From Eledone cirrhosa (taxonomy: Eukaryota), in assembly GCA_964016885.1 (NCBI GenBank), contig OZ024744.1, positions 43,028,001-43,092,000 of the forward strand: DNA of 64,000 bases. The letters run 5' to 3'. Below, one piece after another: positions 53,805 through 64,000 of this stretch. A program made the translations under genes and the position numbers. The first letter of the stretch is position 1. Every line of letters starts with the position of its first letter. Below the pieces are notes generated by a model. It ran no database searches. It was not told the DNA's origin and saw only the letters and a program-made list of their open reading frames with translations.

Positions 53805-54168
53805 TTAGTTAAGTTTATATGAGCTGGAAACCAAGTGTGATTTCATGTGTGGGCAACTGGGGAAAATTTCTGTTTTTGTATTTAGGCAGGTTTTTGGTGA
53901 TTTAAGGTTCTGTAAAATCCAATATTTTTCACTTATGCACAGTGTGCATATTCTTGTTCCTCTTGCATATTCTTTAGATTGGTTCAAAATTGACCAATCT
54001 AATTTATATTGGATACCTTGGTCTTTCAAATCCCATATTCTGCTAGCCAGAGCTGTTGTAAATATTTTTTCAGGATGTCGGAAAGATGCGACATGTGAGT
54101 AATAACGCGTTTTGAATTTGTCTTGTGTCATACCCACATATCGTTCGCTGGTGGTTGTCACTTTATAT
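53805..54168 (-). pseudogene. PLE GIY-YIG C-terminal fragment
   Basis: YKVTTTSERYVGMTQDKFKTRYYSH..TALASRIWDLKD..CTLCISEK..LNTKTE..CPH. Confidence 0.85.
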
Positions 54169-54333
54169 GTGTATATATATATGTATATATATATATATAT
54201 ATAACGAAGGAAATGTGGTAAGGAACCAGGTGGACCATAACGCACCAAAGTACTCAATACTTGGGGTAGTAGAGTGGGTGAAACTAATAAACCTTTGTTC
54301 GTACTGCCTCTGTTTTGTTCCCGTTCCAATTTT

Positions 54334-54407
<74 letters not shown>

Positions 54408-54571
54408 CGTGCGTGCGTGTGATTAGATGTACATGTATGTATGTATATGTGTATCGTGTGTATGTATGCGTGTTTTTGTATGTATGTACGCATGTATGTG
54501 TATGTATCCTTTTGTGCATGTGTTTTTGTCTGAGCGTATATATATATTTATATATAGTTTTAATATAGATG

Positions 54572-54622
54572 AGATTCTACAGGACTAGAACTGTTTCATA
54601 CTTTAGAAATCATCAGGAATCT
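54572..54622 (-). ncRNA. Hammerhead motif (family F), weak stem II
   Basis: - strand: agattc CTGATGA tttctaaagtat GAAACAG ttctagtc CTGT A gaatct. Confidence 0.6.
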
Positions 54623-55474
54623 GGCTGTCCAAAATAAATGTTGTGGTATTTATATCTTTTCAGGTGGTAGGAGAGGGTGGGGAGTGGGATGGGTGGAGGT
54701 CATTGGTTGAAAGAAAGGGGAATTCATTAAAAGCTAATTCTTTAAGGCTATAAATTATATTTAGAGTGACAAAGGCAGAAAGAATTCTATAAACAAGTTC
54801 AAATTCGAGTGCCACTCCTTATTTTTAAGTTTCTCTTAAGCTAACAATGCCTATATTTCAGATGTCTATAAGATGGTTGGGGGTCGGTCATGGATGATGG
54901 ATTTAAAGAAAGGGGAAATTCTTTAAAAGCTAATTCTTTAAAGCTCTACTTAGAGTGACAAAGGCGAAGAGAATTATATAAACCAGTTCAAATGTTGGGT
55001 GCCTATCATTATTGTCATGTTTCTCTTAGGCTATATGATCAATTTAATTCTCTTTAACTCACTACAATAGACGACATGAAATCTACGTATCAAAACTGAT
55101 CAAGGATTCCTTCCACCTCTACCCCTCCCTCCATCTCAGTTTGTCAATCTACTTCCTAACTCTTCTCCCCCTTCCTCTCTCTCTATACTATTCCGTTTGT
55201 CCCCTCACTTTCTAATTCCTCTTCCTCTCTCTCTATACTAGTAAATACAATTCCAAAATCATGTTTTTCTCTATATATTGAGAACTATTGCAAGAGTAAC
55301 TTACTCACTATTTAGAAAATGTGGACGTGAACAACAATTATAATTGAGTGGCTGCTATTTGCAGTATAGCAATATAAGGTTGCACTTACCAACGAAACGG
55401 TCGTAAATACCTGGATAAAATCCTTCTCTTAATGCTTACCTGTGTTTTCTCTTTTATACTATGTATATATGTAC

Positions 55475-55613
<139 letters not shown>

Positions 55614-55935
55614 CACGGGTCTATATGATTGTGTATAGAAGATTATATTACTAAAAGGAATTCCAACTTTGTCTGATTTACTCGTTATATTTACAATCCT
55701 TTAAAATGTATAATGGTATTAGAATAAAATAGTATGGTAGAATATTAAATGTTAAGTGTTAATTGAACAAGTACTTTCATGCTGCTTTCGCAATCTTCAG
55801 GTTCATAATGTGTGGTGAGAGTCAAGTTTGCAATTTCCAACTGTATATATATATATACATATACACACATATACAAACACAAATACAGATATACACATAT
55901 ATACACATATACATAAATACATAAATATACATACC

Positions 55936-55974
<39 letters not shown>

Positions 55975-55976
<2 letters not shown>

Positions 55977-56719
55977 TCATCATCATCATCATCAACGTTT
56001 AACGTCCGTGTTCCACGCTTGCATGGGTTTGGACGGGGGTATTCCCACTTGAGGCAAGAGTGATTGTCTTGCTCGCATAGGACTGTCTGGCAGGTTTTCT
56101 ACAGTTGGATGCCCTTCCTAACACCAACCACATTTACAGTGTGGAACTGGGAGGTTTTTACCGTGTTGCCTACACGGCCACATTACAGCGTGGACTGGGT
56201 GTTTTTTTGTCGTGACACCTACACGATCTCATTTGTTTCGGCCTGGATGTTGTGGCACCAACATAACTTTACATAGGAGGGGGTGTTGTGGATGGGGGTG
56301 TGGGTGGTGGGACGGGGGTGTATTTTGTTAGAGATGCCTACTGGCTGTAGTAGGTTTTACTATGTATTTAGGTAAGGCGGGTCTTCTTATTACTGAGTAC
56401 CGCCAAAGGTCTCGGTCCAGTGACATTGTCTTGGAGAGGTGTAAGTGTGTGAGGTCGGAGTTTATCAGCTCGTCCCAGGATTTTCTAGGTCTGCCTATTC
56501 CGTGGCTACCGTCTATCTTTATTGCCCTGCACTTTGTTATACAGCTATCGACTTTCATGCGCATCACGTGTCCGTACCAACGTAGCCTTCTCTCGAGTAA
56601 ACAACATCTGATCCCTCTTATTTCTAATTTTTTCCTTAGTTCGTTTATGCTTTGCCGTTCACGTATATTACTATTACACATCCAGCGGAGCATGCAAGCT
56701 TCGTTCCTCTCTAGTCTGC

Positions 56720-56720
<1 letters not shown>
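55975..56720 (-). mobile_element. RTE LINE 3' fragment with (GAT)n tail
   Basis: [34 protein letters not shown], with (cat)n at 55975-55993. Confidence 0.82.
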
Positions 56721-56782
<62 letters not shown>

Positions 56783-56970
56783 CACACACATATATACATA
56801 TATACCTACACACACATATATATATACATATATATATATACATATATGCATACATATATATATATATATATAATCATATATACATATATATATACACATA
56901 CATACATATATATATATATATATACATATATACATATATATATATATATATCTATATATATATATATATA

Positions 56971-57040
<70 letters not shown>

Positions 57041-57216
57041 TATATATATATATAGCAAGGCACGAGGGAAACCTAAGGGCAACAGCAACACACTCCCTCT
57101 TACACCAGTGGCCAACCTATACAGGCTGGAGATAAAATGTGTAGCAACAAGGGCGGTGCCCCAGCATGTCCTCAGCCGGATGGCTGAAACAGGTAAAAGA
57201 TTAACAGAGTAAAAGA

Positions 57217-57247
<31 letters not shown>

Positions 57248-57278
57248 TATATATACACACACATACATACATGTATAC

Positions 57279-57345
<67 letters not shown>

Positions 57346-58451
57346 CATGCCAATATGCAGGTACATATGAACGCACGTACGCCCAACGATACGCATGAAA
57401 ACGAACGGCTACTCTTACAAATACATACAAACATGTACTCATACCTTTACGCATATACACAGGCACATAAAAACAGCTCTACAATCAGAAAATGCAGATA
57501 GGTAAGAGGTACTTACATAACCATAGTGCCGTGTTTCATGTTGAGAAGGGGTAGGGTGGGGTGGGAAGGAGGTAGAGGGGCTATTTTGTCGGGTGACGTT
57601 TAAAAAAAAGGGGGGGAAGTCGTTTTTAGCCATCGGGCATTAACACTGGTTTAAGGTATTTGAAAGTTGCAAAGTTTTTTGTGCATGCAGTTCGGGCAGT
57701 GTTCAGAGAATTTGTTCAGTAGCGGGTCCTTGGCGAATAATATTTCGTAGCTCTCTGAGATACAAAGGTCGCAGCACTTGTGCTCTCCGTTGTATGAGCG
57801 CGCTTACTGGAGTATTTTCCATTTAAGCGCGAAGGGGGTGGAGTTCCTTTTGGGGTCCCAAAGATAGGAGGCGAGTGTTGTCTGATTTGATTCGTCCGGT
57901 CTTTCTGAAGGAGTGGGTATGGGCATACCACCGGGTTTTAAAGTTATTGGAAGTCATGCCGAAGTAAGTCTTTTTGTTGTTGCAATCATCGGTGTCTGAG
58001 ATGACATCGCATTTGTCTACGATATCATCTGTCAGGCATTTGTTTTCAAGTGGGCAGGCTTCCTTATTTAGGCAATTACACAAGGCCTCAGTCCGGGGAT
58101 TGGGTTCGGAGGTGGTTGGCTTATTTAATTTTTTAGAATTGTAATTGGCTATATTCCTAGCTATGTTAGGTGCAGTGGAGTAGGAGAGTCTTATTGTGTT
58201 CTTATTAAAGATGGTGTAGTACCTATGTTGTATGGGGAAGTGTGTGTTCAGCAAAGGAGTGGCACCCCAATTTGAACTTGTTTATAGAATTCTTTCTACC
58301 TTTGTCACTCTAAATATAATTTATAGCCTTAAAGAATTAGCTTTTAATGATTTCCCCTTTCTTTCAACCAATGACCTCCACCCATCCCACTCCCTACCCT
58401 CTCCTACCACCTGAAAAGATATAAATACCACAACATTTATTTTGGACAGCC

Positions 58452-58502
58452 AGATTCCTGATGATTTCTAAAGAATGAAACAGTTCTAGTCCTGTAGAAT
58501 CT
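58452..58502 (+). ncRNA. Type I hammerhead ribozyme motif (family F)
   Basis: agattc CTGATGA t-ttc-taaa-gaa-t GAAACAG..CTGT A gaatct. GUA site, stem I 6 bp, stem III 4 bp. Confidence 0.72.
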
Positions 58503-58591
58503 CATCTATATTAAAACTTTTATACTCTGCTATGTATTGAGTACCTTACTTACTGTGGTTACCTCCGATTCAACCCGGAATAACCTATGTT

Positions 58592-58733
<142 letters not shown>

Positions 58734-59094
58734 CGTGCGAGCTTGTTCGCATATCTGCATGTTTTCTACTTTTTATTTATTATTTTTTCTAGTGTTACTT
58801 TATAATTGATAACCCCTCTCTCTTACTTTCTCTTTGCCTTAATTTTTATTCTTATCTTATATATTATTTCATTAATTTTTCATATTTTATATTTTATATC
58901 TGCATCGACCTTCAGTCTGACACTGCTTTCACTGATACACTCCCTTCCTTGTATATTTCACATACATGTATGTGGTTGCGCGTGTGTGTATGTTTATATG
59001 CGTGCGTCTTTTCATCCTTGTATGTGTATATATTTAAATTCTTAGTCCCTGAGTCTGTATGTACGCTAACTCTATTATCTTAGAATTCCCTTTT

Positions 59095-59127
<33 letters not shown>

Positions 59128-59573
59128 CGTATTTGTGGTCACACATACACTAATATGTTTGCCCTCATGTATGTACTTACGCACACATTTTTTCACTATA
59201 CACATGCATTTGTACATACACACATACGTACATTTGTAGGTGCATATACACACATTTATACACGTCCCCTTACTATATTTCATTATTTAATTTTTATACA
59301 TCTCTTGTATTATTACTTTTATTTATTATTATTTTTTTTTTTGCTCGTTAAACTTTTGCCTTTCTTGAGGAGATTTTTCAAATATTTCACTGTTTTAAAT
59401 TGCCTTGTCTGATGAACGAATGCGGACGTTTCTTGTATTCGTCTTATTCGGGAAAACTCTGGTAATGGGGTAATTATATTGTATTGTTTATTATACATTA
59501 AATTTAGGTCTGTAATTTACATAGAGCACTCTTCACTCCTATGACTTTTCAATTTTCAACGGAAACTTCAATA

Positions 59574-59615
<42 letters not shown>

Positions 59616-59655
59616 ATATATTAACAAATGGAAACTATATTTATAAAACCATATT

Positions 59656-59721
59656 TATTTCACTATACATATTTCAAGGGCCACCAAGGCAAACTATGGT
59701 GCGCTTTCATCAGATAAAATA
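59656..59721 (-). ncRNA. Type I hammerhead ribozyme motif (family A, second copy)
   Basis: Near-identical to 8508-8573. Confidence 0.8.
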
Positions 59722-60014
59722 TAATATAGGTTAGTTTTATAAATAAATAAGGGATTATTCAAATAAAGGATTCTTCTTCTTACAAATAAGGGATTATTCT
59801 TCTGTAAACTCTCGGAATTTCCATGGGCTTAGGATATTTTAAACTTCCAAATTTTTTTAAATAATTAACTAATAATTAATAAAATTATATATGGTTTTGT
59901 AATAATAACATATTTTCTAATAATATATATTCTTTAATAATCTAACATACAAATTTAAACTACGGATTGAATCGGTAAATTATTAATTAAACATTTAATC
60001 AAATTTATTGATTA

Positions 60015-60317
60015 AACATTAGATAAAATTCTTGAACATTAGATAAAATTCTTGAACATTAGATAAAATTCTTAAACATTAGATAAAATTCTTGAACATT
60101 AGATAAAATTCTTGAACATTAGATAAAATTCTTGAACATTAGATAAAATTCTTGAACATTAGATAAAATTCTTGAACATTAGATAAAATTCTTGAACATT
60201 AGATAAAATTCTTGAACATTAGATAAAATTCTTGAACATTAGATAAAATTCTTGAACATTAGATAAAATTCTTAAACATTAGATAAAATTCTTGAACATT
60301 AGATAAAATTCTTGAAC
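60015..60317. repeat. 20-bp tandem repeat, ~15 units
   Basis: Unit aacattagataaaattcttg. Confidence 0.95.
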
Positions 60318-60378
60318 TACGCCAAAATGGCGTAGGACAGAACAAAGGAGAGGCACAGAAACAAAGAAAGGAATCCCC

Positions 60379-60423
60379 AGTCACTGAAGAGGTCACAGAG
60401 TGTGTGACGAAAGAACTATGACT
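60379..60423 (+). ncRNA. Minimal hammerhead motif (family G)
   Basis: agtca CTGAAGA g gtcaca-gagtg-tgtgac GAAAG aa CT A tgact. Confidence 0.72.
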
Positions 60424-60570
60424 ATGTATAAACAACTATCTGGTTGTGGAACCAACCAACCAACCAGAAATTTTAAATTTATAAATTTATTATAAATTTA
60501 TTATAATAAATTGAAGTGAAAGCAACTGGTGCGTGTATTTCTTATTGGCAACATGACCCTCCCAAAGTAT

Positions 60571-60617
<47 letters not shown>

Positions 60618-60646
60618 GTTATGTTATAAACAACATAAGATAATTA

Positions 60647-60707
60647 TTTCATTTACCAGTGGTTTCTTGAAAGCAAACAGAATTTGCTTTCAGTCATCAG
60701 AATGAAA
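60647..60707 (-). ncRNA. Type I hammerhead ribozyme motif (family H)
   Basis: - strand: tttcatt CTGATGA c tgaaagcaaa-ttctg-tttgctttca a GAAACC act GGT A aatgaaa. Confidence 0.82.
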
Positions 60708-60872
60708 AAATTCTGGTGTATTTATTGACAGTGGATATTAAAAAAAATATTATATATATGAAAGTGAGGCTGGAAAAGGTAGAAGGAAAGGAAAAAAAAT
60801 ATAAAAGTAGATGAACACACACGCACACACAGATACACACACACGCATACACACACGCACACACATATACAT

Positions 60873-60907
<35 letters not shown>

Positions 60908-60963
60908 AACATACACACATATATACACATATATATATATATATATATATAGGAACCAGTAAG

Positions 60964-61057
60964 ACCCCGACGGCTGAGCTCAAGCCGTTTCGACGGCTAA
61001 TTCTGGACTAAATGCAAATTTATCCTGGTATTTAAATAGCCGATCTTCTCAAGGGGT
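60964..61057 (-). ncRNA. Hammerhead motif with variant core U3-A8 (family I)
   Basis: - strand: acccc TTGAGAA gatcggcta..tagccgtc GAAACGGC ttgagctca GCCGT C ggggt. Confidence 0.7.
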
Positions 61058-62149
61058 AATTCCATATATGGTCAAAGTGATTGTCAAAAGTCAGTAGTAA
61101 TTCTGTGATTGCAAATTAGTAGGGGAGATGGTGGCTAAACCTGCCAGTAGGAGAAAGAGGGGAGGGGTGCAGTAGACCCAATCAAGCGTTGGTAGTGCCA
61201 GCTACAGCTGGGCATGAGGTCAAAGAAGATACTGGGGATGGGGAGGGGGAGGAAGTCGGGACGGTAGGTAAAACAATGAGGGGTAAAAATATATATGAAA
61301 GAAAATATACTGAGAGTGAAGAAAAGCGAATAAGTGTAAAGAAAAAAGTAAAGCAAGTTCTACGACCTAAGTCTCTGGCTATTGTTAGGCTAGATAAATA
61401 AATAAAGAAAGAAAGAAAGAAGTAAAGAAAGAAATAACGAAATAAGTAAATGAACTAGGTGGGACGTAATAGGCAAGGACCCTTTTAAGAGGTATAAGTA
61501 CGTAAATCATACGGTGACGGGTCAACAAATGGGGCCAAAATACTAAAGAGACTACCACGAAATAAATAATAAAGGTTTCTATCCCGGGCACAATGCCAGC
61601 AACCACCCAGTGCAGCAAAGTAAACTAGTACGAGATAATAATTCTGAGTCCCGAAAAAAAGATGTACTAATGCTAACTCTAAAAGATATAAAACAAGCTA
61701 CATGAAAGTTCGTACGGAGTAAAGGTAGAACACGGAAAAATAAATTCAGAATCCACCCCGCCCAAAAGAAAAGCGAAGAAAGAAATACTGAAACGAGAAA
61801 ATAAGGCATAAGTGCCACTAAGAAATATAGAAGGCACGGAAAATAGTGGGAGCGGTCGGAAAAAGGGGGCAAGTATCCGGGGTCTAAACCAACTGCTATA
61901 AAAAGCGGAGTCCGCCAAATCTATCATAGACTAGGGGGTGGGGGTACTAAGGCTACAAGGGGCCAAAGGGCAGCCTCGGGTGGGCGAGAAAAGACGCCGA
62001 CAAAGAAGAGCTGGGGTAGAAGGACTAAGGAGGGAAGGGGGAAGGAAATAAAGGAAGCGATAAAAGAATAAAAAGAAGATCTTACGTCTCCCTTGGCAAG
62101 CAGGGGTTACCCATTGCAAAATCGGCAAGTGGGGTTTTATAGCCCTAGT

Positions 62150-63337
62150 CTACCCCCCCTCCCCCGGGTCATTATGGGGTTTGAGGGCGAGGTAAGTCCT
62201 ACGCAATCTATGTTTACATGCAGTAACCAATTCATCTTTCTTGTTTAGGAGTTGGTCCGTCGAAAACAGCATTTGTAAAGTTTCCTCCGAGCATAAATTG
62301 CACGGACGGCGTCCTCCCGTGTAAGAATTGGCTCTGGACAGTAATCTCCAAGTGAGATCATAGGTATTGTTGTTGTCTTTGAGGTCCCATATGTGGTCCG
62401 AAAGTGTAGTGGCGTGACGCCGGGCCGGGTTTCGGAAGGTATGTCTATGTTGGTATAGCCGGGTCTTGAAGTCACATGCGGTAAGTCCTATATAGGCTTT
62501 GTTGGAGGTATCCGTCCTCACGTTGCACTGGTAGATCACATTACGGTCTCTGCATCTATTGTCGAGTGGGCAAATGGATCTATCCGGACAGTTACACCTC
62601 CTGGTCGGTTCTCCACTGCTATTTAGGTTATTTCTGCCATCGGGGTTGATTTTTTTGTTGTTAGAGGAGACGATGTTTTGTGCGAAGTTTGGTGTAGTGC
62701 TGTAAGAGAGTTTGATGGTATTTTTGTTAATTATGTTGTGGTAGCGGTGTTGTAGTGGGAAGTGTTTTTCAATGAGCCTAAAGAATAGTTTCCCGATGGG
62801 AGTTGTCACCTCTGCGTTGTGGGGAGGATTGAACCATGTTACATTGCGTGAGCGGCGGTGTCTCCTGCTGGTTCCGCTAATGGGAGCTGGATAGTAGGAT
62901 ATTTCCTCCCGGAAACCACTCCGCTTGAGGGCCTGGTTGTAATAAGGCGCATGTTCATCTAATATCCGCTCATTAGCTGACAAACGGGATATGCGGAGGG
63001 AGATGTTTTTGACCAGGTTGTTTGTGATGTTCCTAGGATGGTTTGATCGGCGGTGGATGTAGTGCAGGTTGTCATTAGGTTTCCTGTATGGGTAGTACAG
63101 GTCTTTTTCGAGGTCGAGGGTCACGTCCAGGAAGTTTACTCGGGTCAGGGACGTTTGTAGGGTTATTTTAAATCCCCAGTCGCGGAAGAAGCTGATTAAT
63201 TGTTTCCGGACCCGATCTGTACTACTGGGGTTGTACCCTTTAAGGGTAAGGAGCCCATCATCACGGTACAATCCACCACCGAATGCAGGAAACATATCAG
63301 TGAGTTTGGCTATTAGGAATAATCCTATAAGATCTTG
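62150..63337 (-). CDS. PLE RT C-terminus + Zn-linker + GIY-YIG, open frame, 5'-truncated
   Basis: DLIGLFLIAKL..GGLYRDDGL, VNFLDVTL, SNHP, VTWFNPP, CNC..CPL..C, VIYQC, YIGLT..FKTRLYQH, CNLC.EE, LLNK..E..CKH. No stops in this stretch. Confidence 0.9.
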   Translation of the reverse strand, partial: QDLIGLFLIAKLTDMFPAFGGGLYRDDGLLTLKGYNPSSTDRVRKQLISFFRDWGFKITLQTSLTRVNFLDVTLDLEKDLYYPYRKPNDNLHYIHRRSNHPRNITNNLVKNISLRISRLSANERILDEHAPYYNQALKRSGFREEISYYPAPISGTSRRHRRSRNVTWFNPPHNAEVTTPIGKLFFRLIEKHFPLQHRYHNIINKNTIKLSYSTTPNFAQNIVSSNNKKINPDGRNNLNSSGEPTRRCNCPDRSICPLDNRCRDRNVIYQCNVRTDTSNKAYIGLTACDFKTRLYQHRHTFRNPARRHATTLSDHIWDLKDNNNTYDLTWRLLSRANSYTGGRRPCNLCSEETLQMLFSTDQLLNKKDELVTACKHRLRRTYLALKPHNDPGEGG

Positions 63338-63743
63338 AGTACTTTGGTGCGTTATGGTCCACCTGGTTCCTTACCACATTTCCTTCGTTATATATATATA
63401 TGTGTGTGTGTGTGTGTATATATATAATGTAGAAGGTGAGTTTTATTGTACCACAATAAAGCAATGCAAATATCGGATAAGTAGCACTCAACAGTTTATT
63501 GGACTGGAGTATATATAAGAAGAAAAGTGGGGAAGTAAAACATGTAAAAATTGTTAAGATATAAAGTAAGTGAATCAAAAAGCAGGGGGAGTGGGGTCAC
63601 TAGTGGATGTGAAGTGAAAATAAAAATAAAAATAAAAATAAATCTGCAAACGAAGTCTGTAAAGAGGGTAAGTTAAGGACAGTGCAGATGTTTAGACACT
63701 ACCTTGCAATAAGTGTTTTTTTAAGCTTCATATCATGTCTCCC

Positions 63744-63814
63744 TATTTTATCTGATGAGAACGCAAATATCGTCCCTGGATGATATTTGTTTTAGAAATG
63801 CACATAATAAAATA
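63744..63814 (+). ncRNA. Type I hammerhead ribozyme motif (family C, second copy)
   Basis: tattttat CTGATGA gaacgcaaatatcgtcc..ggatgatatttgtttta GAAA tgcacat A ataaaata. Confidence 0.8.
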
Positions 63815-64000
63815 CATGGAACATTTTTAACCATCTTTTAATTTCTTCTTATATATACACACACACACATATATATATATATATACACACATACATACAC
63901 ACACATGCATACACACATATATACACGCATACATACGTACACACACAATTAATTATAATAAAAAATAAAATACCATGAACAACCATATAATGCAATAGGC

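Larger units (their letters stand above)
60950..63390 (-). mobile_element. 5'-truncated Penelope-like element with ~1.2-kb 3' UTR
   Basis: ORF 62150-63337 is followed by a UTR ending at the HHR. A short inverted tail lies at 63337-63390. Confidence 0.85.

Noticed and set aside
59403-59470. CTGATGA..GAAAAC..GTA hammerhead candidate
   Set aside because: Extra A in the core, ambiguous stem II register and mostly wobble stem I.
60015-60317. 20-bp array as CRISPR or iterons
   Set aside because: No spacers; it is a simple minisatellite.

Overview
Eukaryotic, AT-rich, microsatellite-dense window made almost entirely of transposable elements. The SINE and repeat content suggests an octopod cephalopod (inference, not checked), and no host gene could be recognised. 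Contents: a degenerate Tx1/L1-type LINE (1-4620, -); fragments of restriction-like-endonuclease LINEs (Dong/R4-like, CRE-like, HERO-like); a young, nearly intact CsRn1-type Ty3/Gypsy LTR element (9660-15171); two hAT remnants; a Vingi/Ingi-like LINE; RTE LINEs; Helitron fragments; nine copies of a tRNA-derived SINE; and many Penelope-like elements (PLEs, RT + GIY-YIG). The main signal outside the ORF track is a dense set of type I hammerhead ribozyme (HHR) motifs: about 13 well-formed or near-complete copies from roughly nine sequence families, mostly in PLE pseudo-LTRs. One has a U3-A8 compensated core, and five families share an unpaired C at position 4 of stem II. A series of fold-back (inverted) insertions from about 4.4 kb down to 107 bp shares one asymmetric architecture. 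All folding and translation was done by eye; none was computed.
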